In this document: positions 41,111 through 51,910 of the stretch, piece after piece | Layout: each line of letters opens with the position of its first letter | Numbering within the stretch: the stretch's first letter is position 1 | Source: Eledone cirrhosa | Lineage: Eukaryota | Direction: 5' to 3' | Assembly: GCA_964016885.1 (NCBI GenBank) | Contig: OZ024752.1 | Coordinates: 8,928,001-8,992,000, forward strand | Length of the DNA: 64,000 nucleotides | Program-made: the position numbers and the translations under genes | Notes under the pieces: generated by a model | Databases searched by the model: none | Seen by the model: only the letters and a program-made list of their open reading frames with translations | Told to the model about the DNA's origin: nothing

Positions 41111-41980
41111 GTAATGTAAAGTTGTATTTCTTTTTTGATTGTAAATATTATAGGTATGTTTCTAAACTGTGTTATGGCCATGTTCCAACGAGATATACCT
41201 TCAGGGAGGCCAGCTAAACCTACACAGGTGTTGGGGGAATGTGTTATGTAGGTTTCTTAACTGTGTTATAGCCATGTTGGGGGAATGTGTTATGTATGTT
41301 TCTTAACTGTGTTACAGCCATGTTGGGGGAATGTATTTCTATATTTGTCATTTTTAGTAATTTGTCAAAGAAAACAAACACTCATCTAGTTCAGTGCTCC
41401 CGCATTGTGAGGTTGAGTTAACAGAGTAATTGAGGTCCTTTCTACAGCGTAGGGTTAAGTCTTGAAAACAGAATAAGAGTCAATCACAGCAACTGGAGCA
41501 AATAGAATTGGGTTTTTTTCTTCTTTTTTTTGCTATGGGACACAATCTAATATCTATCTATGCCAGGCGTGGGGAATTTTTTTGGGACGTGGCTCATCAT
41601 AAGGTAGGCCACATAGTTTTTGAGAACAATACTGTAACATAGTATGAGTGGATTATGGCTGGTTTGAACAGAAAGAGATGGGAAAATTCTGGCCGGTTTA
41701 AATCCTAAATGGTAAAACTAGTGGAGTAGAGAGTGTAGCCTGACAAAATGTCCAACAGTATTCATTATACAAGTAAAATTCCGTTATAACGAATTTTTCG
41801 ATATAATGAAACTTTTTTCAATCCATGAGGTGATAACAAGCAAGCGCTTGATTTGTTTCAGCCAATCTCATAAAGAATTTTCATTATAATGGAATTTCAC
41901 TATATTCTAATTTCAAGTCCAGTTATTATTGGGCTTAATGAAATAGATCAAAATTATCATTGTTATTATTATCATTTCAG

Positions 41981-42801
41981 AGGGCAATGTAAGCAACCAA
42001 GGATATCGAAATGAACCAGAATTCAACCCACAGCAACATAACAGATGGCGCTTTAATACTAACACAGGTCCATTTCCTCCAAATGGACCGAGAAATCAAC
42101 CATTTGATGCTTCTAGCAATAGATTTCCTAATGCCTTTCATAACAGGCACCCAAATCCATCCAGCAATTGGCACCCAAATCCATCCAGCAATTGGCACCC
42201 AAATCCATCTAACAATTGGTCTACAAATCCGTCCAACAATTGGTCGACGAATCCATCTAACCAAAGGTCTCAAACTGAGAACAAGAACTGGATTCCAAAT
42301 CTTAATAAATGGCCACCAACAAATGACTCTAACAGAGGACCAACAAACAGCTTTAATAGTTGGTCTCAAAATGTTATTAACAGTTCAAGTATTCCTAATA
42401 ACTGGTCTGAAATCAGTTTAAACAGTTGGACCCAAAATAATCCTAACATTCCAACACAAAATACTGTTAATGTTCCACCCCAAAATAACCTTAATAGTTG
42501 GCCTTCAAATTGGCCAAACAACTGGCCCCCTGATATTAACAGCCCACCGCCAAACCTTTTTAGCATTCCTCCACCAAATGTTCCAAGTAGCTTCTCAAAT
42601 TCTACCAGCAACCCCTCTACAAGCCATCCAAACCACCCACCTCTACATGCTCAGAGCTGGACACAGAATCCACAATTATCTTCTCCTCCTCCGCAAACAC
42701 AAGGCTTCCCATCCAATAACAATCAGTGGCCACCTGAACATGTAAATAGTTCTTGGAACCAGCAGCCACATGGAAATTCCTACACATCAGAAAACTATTA
42801 A
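41981..42801 (+). CDS. NAF1: NAF1 exon 9, N/P/S/W-rich low-complexity C-terminus ending SYTSENY*
   Basis: TTTCAG acceptor; 821-nt open frame with no ATG, so missed by the ORF track; total CDS 2001 nt = 666 aa. Confidence 0.85.
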
Positions 42802-44393
42802 CTTCAAACAGTAATGAATGTAGCTTGATTAACCCTTTACCATTTACATTACTCTATATATACTATTGTATTTTCATGGTAAAGGCTTTACCTCACATAA
42901 TATCAAATATCTGAGATTTTGAAAGTGTTTATTTTGAGATCAATACCTTAACATCAGTTTCAGTGGCCAATTACAGCCAGTTTGAAGAGAAAGAGGTAGA
43001 GGATTCTGGCTGGTTTGAACATTAAAGGGTTAAGTAATTGGGTTTCAATTGCCACCTACTGGCCTTGCTTGAATGTTATTTTTCTTGCAATTACTTTTCT
43101 AATAATAACTGCTCTTGCATAAACTAACCTGTGACTCCAGGATCAATCTCATCAGTCATAAACTCTGAGCTTACATTTGAGAGTGAGGATCAGTGTATCA
43201 GTTGACTAGGGACTTGTTATAAGACATGCTACCGAAAATAAATGGTTCTCTGTTGGTTTCAATAATGAGGATTCATTGAAATATCGTTTACATGGCTGAA
43301 TATTATATACTTTTTCTAACCTAATTCTCTGGCAGATTTACACCCTTTACCATTTACATTAGTCTATATATATAATATTGAATCTGAGATTTTGATATTA
43401 TTTATTTTGAGAACAATACCTTAACACAGTATGAGTGGCTTGTTTGAACAGAAAGAGGTAAGAGAATTCTGGCCAGATACAGTTGGTTTAAATGCTAAAG
43501 GGTTAAAGCCACCCATTCCTGAGTCTGTGCAGTCAACCACGCTACAACAATTTCAGTGCTTTTCTTTTCCTCTCTCCACCATAGTATCCTTCCAGCACAT
43601 AATCTGCATCACCTTGACCATAGTTTTCACAGGGCTTTCTCCAAGGACCCCTACATGGCTGTCTTCTCTGTTCCTGCACATTTTGTCACACCTGTCCATT
43701 ATTTGCTAACATCCCCACCCTCACTTGACTCAAACAATCATTCCTTCTGCATCAATCGGACAAACAGGCGAGCTGATTCACAACTGATTAGGAAAAGACA
43801 CTGGTTGCTCATCATTTCCATTCCAGGAATCCCTCCATTTCTCTGATTTGGGCTTAACCGTACACGCTGGACTGCCAAACTTTTACTTCTGGAGTAAGCA
43901 TTGGTTAGTATTTCTGAACAATTTTAACCTTTACGATGCTGACTTTTTTTTATGAATTGCTTCCCTTGACGCTATTGTGTGTTTAGGGGAGATTACTCTC
44001 TCGGCGACTTATGTTGCCGACAGCGCCAAGAAAGTTAAGTATTCACTACAGTTTCTCTAGCAAACACACACACACACACACACACCTTACATACGCCCAC
44101 ACTACAATGGTATGTACCCTTCACTCACATAGACAAAAGCACATACCCACACAACACATGCTTGCTGAAATACCTTGTATAAAACACAATCAGCTCACAC
44201 TTATAGATAGTACCATCATTATGCACGCATATAAAACATACAAGAAACAGACCTAGCCACCCAAACACACACACGGTAACCCTTGGTTTGCCACTCACCT
44301 TCAGATATATATATATATAATTATGTAATTATAAACAACACAATTATATATATAATTATGTAATAATAAACAACACAAAACAATTATTCCATT

Positions 44394-44549
44394 TACCAAA
44401 GGTATAACGGATGAAGTATTTAACCTTTGGAATAATTCAGTTTATTTCTTATTTGCTAGTACAAAAAATCTTAAGAAATATAATTCTTCAAATAAGAACT
44501 AAAACTGAATTATTCCAATGTTAAATACTTCCTCCGTTATATCTTGGTT
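44394..44549. repeat. Fold-back inverted repeat / MITE
   Basis: ~60-bp imperfect arms: ...TATAACGGATGAAGTATTTAAC...GGAATAATTCAGTTTT / AAAACTGAATTATTCC...GTTAAATACTTCCTCCGTTATA. Confidence 0.8.
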
Positions 44550-44824
44550 TAATAATATACAAGAGAAAACTAAGTGTAGATTTCTACCCCTCTATTACTG
44601 AATCCTTATTAATTAACCCTTTAGCATTTAAACTGGCCATATCCAGCCAGAATTTCTTGACCTCTTGCTGTTCAAAATAGCTAAACTGGCCATTCATACT
44701 GATGATAAGGTATTGTTCTCAAAATAAATAACATCAATATCTCATAGATTTGATATTATGTGAGATAAAGCCTTTACTGCAAAAATACTAGAGTAAATAT
44801 AGAGTAATGCGAATGCTAAAGATT

Positions 44825-45060
44825 TAAAGTTTTAGAATTCGCTAGACAATTTATTAATAAATCCAATTTATAGGAGGGTGTTATTTTACACGTTAGGAAC
44901 ATGCTACTTTTCAAAGAAGAAACTTGGGTTAAAAAATCAAACCCAGAAAACCCCTTTGATGTCTCTGGGAGCATATTAAATTTTTCATTCTAATGAACGA
45001 TTTCAGACGTGTCTGTTGAGCTCATCTGTCTTCGTGAAACCTTTGGTAGATGAATAATTG
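44825..45060 (+). mobile_element. Penelope-like RT fragment plus a degenerate hammerhead
   Basis: LEFARQFI...LLFKEETWVKKSNPENPFDV; then CTAATGA-ACGA..TCGT-GAAACCTTTGGTA. Confidence 0.65.
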
Positions 45061-45151
45061 TTTTGTGTTATTACATAATTATATAGCTCTGTAGCATACA
45101 TAGAGCACTCTCCCTTCCTTTAACCTTTCTATGGAAATACTTTATATATAT

Positions 45152-45812
45152 ATATAGTAAAAAATTGAACGGGAACAAAACAGAGAGGCTGTACGAACAA
45201 AGGTTTATTAGTTTCACGCTCTTGAGAGTGGGGTGGTGGTGGGGAACAGGAAAATCATAGACAAAAAATCATAGACAGAAATAAACAAGTACAGTAAATA
45301 AATCAAACAAAGGTAATGCAAAGAAAGGAAAAAACAAGTGTGGGAAGGTGTGTGGAAAGTTCAGAGAGTGGTCACGGCGGATTAGATCGGGGTTGAGCCT
45401 GTAGTCAAGGTATATTCCAAAGGTATGGAAGCCGTGGCAGCGTGTATTGTATAGTAAAAAATTGAACAGGAACAAAACAGAGGCAGTACGAACAAAGGTT
45501 TATTAGTTTCACGCTCTTGAGAGTGGGGTGGTGGTGGGGAACAGGAAAATCATAAACGTAAAAACACAGGCAATCGTGGACAAAAAATCATAGAGAAAAA
45601 TAAACAAGTACAGTAAATAAATCAAACAAAGGTAATGCAAAGAAAGGAAAAAACAAGTGTGGACAGTTCAGAGAGTGGTCATGGTGGATTAGATCGGGGT
45701 TGAGCCGGTAGTCAAGGTATATTCCTAAGGTATGGGAGCGTGTATTGTATAGTAAAAAAATTGAACGGGAACAAAACAGGCAGTACAAACGAAGGTTTAT
45801 TAGTTTCACGCT
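45152..45812. repeat. ~300-bp direct tandem repeat (about 2.2 copies)
   Basis: TATAGTAAAAAATTGAAC...GGTTTATTAGTTTCACGCTC recurs at ~45152, 45449 and 45748. Confidence 0.85.
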
Positions 45813-46513
45813 CACAGTCGTGGAAATTGTTTAATACCAAACATAATGTTTATGGTAAAAAACGCTTTCATTTCGGCAGAAACTGTTGGACGCCATAACA
45901 GATCAGATTTTCCTCGGTTAGAAATTTGTTGTTGTGCATAGCGATTTGTCTCTTCTGCCACAACTTCGAAGAAAGTTTGTGGTAAAAATAAAAAAAAATA
46001 ATCCAGTGCTTTAGCATCGGGTGGTAATGTGTGTTGTGGTCCAGTATTTTCATTAAAATCCGAAACATGTATCGATGTTGTTTCTTTCAACCACGTTAGT
46101 GTTTTTTCAATGGTGTCAGTTATCTCTTCGCTTTCACTTTCAAAGTGACTATCATCATCATCATCAGATATATCAGAAATAAATATATCTGATTCGTTTG
46201 AAGATAAATCACTGATATTATCTTCTGTTTCTTTTTTATCTTGAATGTCGTAGGATGTAAAACCTTCAAATTCGTTGTCGCTACTTTCGGAAGCCATGTT
46301 ACACTTTCAACGTTAAAAACACATGTTATCGCAAGTTCTTTAACTATACTAAGAGTTAATTTTCGTGCGTAAGGGCTTTATCTCGCAGTAAACTCGAATT
46401 GAGATTTTGATGATGTCAATGTTTATTTTTAGAAAGAGATCTCTGTGTAGTATTAAATGTCGGTTTGAATAAATGAAAGGGGACATAATCTTGTCGGTTT
46501 GAATGCTAAAGGG
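45812..46513 (-). mobile_element. piggyBac (PGBD4-like) left end with transposase N-terminal fragment (ORF 46297-45812)
   Basis: TTAA|CCCTTTAGCATTCAAACC TIR at 46513; acidic N-terminus, TGP...LDYFFLF...EETNRYA...W.P...EMKAF. Confidence 0.9.
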
Positions 46514-46517
46514 TTAA

Positions 46518-47135
46518 ACCAATCGATAACTTCACTAGTTCCTTTCCATAATTTTAAATAAGATAAATTAGATAAATTCTTAATTTGTGGTATTATTCTG
46601 TCCAGAATATTTTTGCTAAGTCTGCCAAGGTCCGATTTAGATGGTGCAATTAATCTGACTGGTAAATCGGTTTTGAAGTTCCTTTTATGATCCTTCATAT
46701 TAATCTTAGGTTTCCTTGGCATGAAGGGTTGTGTCCTATTTTCAATGCCTAGTTCATGCATTATATAAGAGGCATTTGTATTCAATTTTTCAAGGTCGTC
46801 TTTATTTGCTACTTTGTATTTCTTCCTTAATTCCTTTAAAATAAGGTCGTTATAAATGTCCTTTTGTATTCCGTAAAGATTATTAGTTTTGTCAGACTTG
46901 ACTAGAATTTTCTTCGTTTTCTCCAAGTTTTCAATATTATTTTTAAGTAATCCTGGCCTTTGAAGTTGTTTTTGAATTTGATGCTTTGGATGATAGATAT
47001 GATATCATTTTCAAAATCCATTAGTAGTTTGTTGTGGGGTGGATTTTTTTAGATTTGAAGATTTTATCCAGATTGGAAACATATTTTTTTTTTCTGTGTA
47101 GCTGTTGGGTTTACTATTTTAGTGGAGTTCAGCAA
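46518..47135 (-). mobile_element. Penelope-like element ORF fragment
   Basis: FKSKKNPP, KSDKTNNLY, MKDHKxNF, PVRLIAPSKSDLG. Confidence 0.85.
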
Positions 47136-47339
47136 TTTGTGTAGCAATAAGTTGTAATAGTGTATGAAAATATTTGTCACTACTTTTTTTATACACTGTT
47201 GAATGAATGAATTTGTTTTGCTGCATATTCAGAGGTCACCATTTTTAGTGAGCTAGTCCCAGGATCCCAGCTACTAAATTTAATCGAAATATGAGATAGG
47301 AGAATTTTCATACAATATCAGGCCGTGTGAGAATTATCT

Positions 47340-48690
47340 CTCACTACAAAGGTTTAGGCGGGGTGGTCAGGCATCCTGTCTAATTGGATATAATATACTG
47401 GCACATGGGCAAACAAGGAAGAAGGAACATACCTCAAAATTATGTTATGTGAACATTTTGTTCGAAAGTTCCCGCCGCTGTTGATTCTCTTACACACACG
47501 TAATTTAAACCAAATTCGTTACATTCTGCCAAGTGTGAATCTTCCATCCAACCTGTTCTCGTTATTGGTCTGGGTTTTCCTTGATCCAACCAGTATTTCC
47601 CGTGATCCAGTGTACTTCCCATGTATGGTACAGAGGATAAACTGATGCAACCATCCATTAAACATAAGCTCTGTTCCCCCTGGTGATGAGCGTTAGACCA
47701 TTTACCATTATTTAATATCGTTCCGTGTTGAATAGCTAAACCTCCCCATTCTGTACTCGTCAACGGTTTTCTTAACAGTGAATGGTTTGTCCACTCATGC
47801 ACAAATGTATCGCCCTGTCGTATTTCTTTTACGGTGTGAAGACCTCTCCAGTCGTGAAACGTCATGTTCATCTCGCACTTATTATCTATGAATGTTCCTC
47901 CATAGTCTTCTACTAGTTTTTTAGGCGCCATATAGAAATAAGCGTATTGTGGTAACAGTAACTCATCTATTTTTGTTGGACGTATTTTCTGAAAGCCGTC
48001 ATTTGGTATTTTATTGCTTCCTCTCGGGTTATTGTATCCTATATATTTTCCTGTCCACATAAATTTGAAAATAAGGAAGCGGGTTGTTGATAAATTGATC
48101 TTCTCCTCGTTGTACTATCCACTCTGAACACATAATGTTAGATATCTTGAAACCCGCCTTTTGGATTCTGTATTTTGTAGCCAATTTCATGTTTGTTTCC
48201 CATTCTATCGGCTTAACCCACGAGGTCAGGTAATAAGGTACCAAGTAATCTGCCGATACACATGTGCCTCTAGTCATGTGATTACTCAGCGAAGGCGGAG
48301 GATTAAGTTTGTCTTGAGTTTGAGTCAGTACTTCAAACGTACCTTTGGCCTCATTCATATTTGTACTTTTTACACAGTTCTGAAACTTCCGTGTAAATAC
48401 GACTGTTCTTCTGAATGGTCCAGTTGGCTCGGGTATGTTGACCACGTCACCGTGCGCTGTGCTACTCCATCCACCTCCTCCATCATTTCTTGCAGTTTCC
48501 TGCTGCCGTCAACATTATCAGACTGCAAAGGTCGAAAGTAGTTATCAAGCCCCAGGTAATGTTTCGCAGTGATTGCTGCTGATGCCAATATTCCGACTGG
48601 ACCTGATTGTATAGCTTCTCCGATGAATTTCTTATCTGCATCCCAAGTGTCGATATCTTTTTGTCCATACGCAATATTTTGTGTGGCAAA
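47340..48690 (-). pseudogene. Endogenous parvovirus/densovirus-like capsid (VP) gene remnant with a decayed PLA2-like VP1u
   Basis: Frameshift-linked ORFs: ATQNIAYGQKDIDTWDADKKFIGEAIQSGPVGILASAAITAKHYLG (resembles the vPLA2 HDxAY..AD..F region), RRTVVFTRKFQ, YLVPYYLTSWVKPIEW..YRIQKAGFKISNI, INNPLPYFQIYVD, EIRQGDTFVHEW; similarity judged by eye. Confidence 0.7.
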
Positions 48691-49549
48691 GTTTATAAGA
48701 TGTAGGCGTATAACACAAAATTACTGTAGTTGGTTGTCGAGAGTTTACAGACGTCAGATTCTTTGTATGAATGCCAAATAGCCATTTATTGGGTTATAGT
48801 CGGAACCCAGTCGTTCCTGAGGATTTGTCGTAGCTTCACGTGAAGACCTCGTGAAAAATTCCAGCATTTTGAGGACAGCAGATTATTTTGTGTATCTCGG
48901 TGGATACGAATCTGCTGAACGGATGTATGTTTATTACGGCTAGTTTGCGTGTCCACTCCATGAGGGAATTTAGCCGGATGGAAGGCTATGGAAAACAGCG
49001 GACTGACCCGTGTCTCTTGGTTGAGAGACATCGCTGAACTGAGGTTATCAGCCCAGAGTTATGATGTCATCGACCAACATCAGCTTGGTCGTGATTGGTC
49101 AGTTTGTCGGTAAGGTCAATCAGTGTGTAATCAGTAGCAATCAAATTCTCAGAATTAGAAAGCAGTGAGCCTTCTGAGAATTCAAATATGAATCTGAAAG
49201 TAATCAGCTTCTACGAATTCAAGTGAGAATTAGAAAGTAGTGTTTTTCCACGAATTCGAGTGGAGAATTTGTGTACGCTACAAAAGAATGCACACAGTTT
49301 ACAATGCTGTAACAAATGCATCACAAAACACATATATTTCTGGGTAGTGAAATCATAAATAAACTTACTTGATATGTAACACGTCTGTGTTCGTGGGAGG
49401 TATAGAATGAACTGAGCTGGGCACAATTGAAAGGCATGCGTGTGGGGCTTGAGTTGTCAGACATGTCAATGGAATTTGATTAAACCTCCTGCTTATACAA
49501 CAGATCTAAAAGTGCCGCCCCTATCGCCCCCCTCTAGCTACGCCACGGC

Positions 49550-50503
49550 CCAATGGTATGGTTAGGGAATTTCTCTTTAAGTGTGTGGAGGAGGAATAGG
49601 CCGACTAAATCACACACGTCAGCACTGTCAAAAGAACCCATTGAGACATCAAAGGGGTTCTCGGTTAGATTTTTTTTACCCAAATTTCATTATTAGCAAA
49701 GAGTAAAGTATTTCTAGCATGCAAAATGACATTCTCTTCAATATCGGAAATATTAATAAACTTTTTAGCGAAATTTAATGCTTTCCTTAACAGAGGGAGA
49801 GTAATAGACGGGTAGAAGTCTACAATGTCAAATTGGGTGAATCTAGAACTATTTTTAAGCCAATGTTCTACAGAAGAGCTATTTATCCATTGGAGTAATT
49901 CTGACTTACTTCTAATATGTTTGTTTATGTTATTTAATATCTTTTTGCTAGCAAGTCCGATTTCAGTCTTAGCAGGGTTGATTAATCTGCAACTGGGACG
50001 ATTATTAAAATTAGATTTGTGATCTTTAAGAGTGATATAGGCATTATGTTTTGCTAGTTTTTCTGTTCTATTGTCTATTTTTAATTTGCTAGCTAATTCT
50101 TTGGCTTCATTATTAATAGTATTATAGGTGTTAATATTAACTATTTCGTATTTAGAGGTGATGCTATCTGTTAAGAGTTGGTCATGTAAGTTATTATTAA
50201 CTTCGTATAAATTTTTAGTTTTATCAGAAAAGGAACTTATTTTTAGAAGATTTAAATTTAAAAATATCGTTAGATAGTTTAGATTGAAAAATGTTATAGT
50301 ACTTACGGAATTTGATTTGATTGATTAAATTAACTAAGTCTAGTTCAAAAGTGGTCATGTTTTTACCCTTTGTGGGTATTTGAGACTTGATATCAAAGTA
50401 TTCTGTAGAGTCCGTGATAAAGTGTCCATCGAAAATCAATGCGCTCCATCTCGTTCTTTTCACAACTTTTTCTACTTTATCAATCAACATTTTAGTGTAG
50501 GAA
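49550..50503 (-). mobile_element. Penelope-like element N-terminal/RT fragment
   Basis: KRTRWSA, TLKDHKSNF...RLINPAKTEIG, PFDVSMGSFDSADVCDLVGLFLL. Confidence 0.88.
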
Positions 50504-50605
50504 GTTTTAGGCGGGAAGTGGTCGTCAGTCATCCCGTCTAATTGGTTATGGTTTACTGGCACATTTCAAACAAGGAATAAAGACACCTCAATTTATGTTA
50601 CAAAA
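50504..50605 (-). pseudogene. Second, diverged copy of the 3' part of the putative capsid remnant
   Basis: Colinear with 47352-47448 (TTTAGGCGGG..CATCC.GTCTAATTGG..TACTGGCACAT..CAAACAAGGAA..ACCTCAA..TTATGTTA). Confidence 0.6.
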
Positions 50606-50949
50606 AAACATTCTTTATGTAGGAGCAATTACAAAATATATACGAATACATTAATGCTCCTAGGTTGGGAATATGTTTAAAATGTCAAATACTGCCACAT
50701 GGTGTTGGTGTCATCACTTGAGCCACTGTGTGATTATCGCACGTCTATTGTCTCCAAGCACTCATTGTCCAAGTGTTATTGTCTCAGCCACTGACGTCAG
50801 AACTAAGGGCAGTTAATCGACTGTGTAGGCAGTCGACGCTAGATGGCGTGATCTTCTACAAAGTGTTAGGTGTTGGTATGTTCTTGATGGAGTAATCCAA
50901 ATAATATCGATCCATATTAGGTATTGGTTAAAATTCATTTTAACTGAAG

Positions 50950-51910
50950 AGTGCTCGACTTTAAAGGGCTGGAAAGTGCCAATCTCAACTGAGGCCTGAC
51001 CCTATGTTGGTATGTCCGAGAGCCAAAGAACTTGTGAAGAGGATATTCAGTGGTTCCACTAAGTCATGTTTGCATGTTTTTAGGAGGACTGCTGGGAATC
51101 CAGCAGCTGAGTTTGTTCTAATCTCAGTTATGGCGGATATCACATCTTCCTCCATTTGTAGTTGATGGTCACCATTTCTTCATGGAGTGTTGTGCCTCAG
51201 TCGACGTGTGAACACACTTCTGTACTGTTCATTCAGTATTTCACTTATCCCTTGGGGATTCTCGGTTAATAAACGGTCTTCATGCAGTGTACCGAGGCAG
51301 TTTCTTTTGCAAATTTAAAGAAGGCGTTAGGGTTTGTTTTAATATTTTCTATGGCCCTGCTTTCTCTCTCTCCTTTTCATGGGAAAGTTTGAGTGCCTGT
51401 TTCAGATAGGGTTCCTTCTTGTTTTTCTGTTGTGCATTCAACTGATTTGAGAGTTTAGTTCTTTGTCTCTGGGAATAAAATTTTTATGTCCGTTGGCCGT
51501 TTTCTCTGGGACAAACCTATGGCATCCGGTTTGTATTGTTGTCATGAAAACTGAAAATGTGTGTTGGCGTCTTGTGTGGTGATGTTGTTGCTCCAGTTTT
51601 GCTTCCGGATCTCTTTTTGGATCTTTTTCCAGTTAGCCTTGTGAAAGTTTAGGCTGGATAAATTCCCGGTGATTCTTGATGGTTGTGTCTCTGTTGATTC
51701 TCTCGGACCACATATCATTAGTTCTACTAGGTTATGATCCGAGAAAATCGTTGGTATCACCTTTACATTGTGGATGAGCACTGCGTTGTTTGTAAAGCAG
51801 AGATCAAGGACATTCTCGCCTCTTGTTGGGAGAAGTACTGCTTGTTCCATGAACAGCCTGTGTGTGAGGGCCAGCAGGGACTCTGTCTGTCTCTGTTCTA
51901 GTGATGTCAT
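50950..51910 (-). mobile_element. CR1/L2-like LINE fragment (APE endonuclease C-terminus and linker)
   Basis: EQAVLLPTRGENVLDLCFTN, SDHNLV, NFHKANW, NIKTNPNAFF. Confidence 0.85.

Noticed and set aside
41977-42745. ORF-track proteins at 41977, 42011, 42366 and 42470
   Set aside because: Shadow frames of NAF1 exon 9, whose true frame has no ATG.
48786-49031. THAP-domain transposase fragment (LRNDWVPT)
   Set aside because: The C2CH ligands cannot be found in frame; too weak to call.
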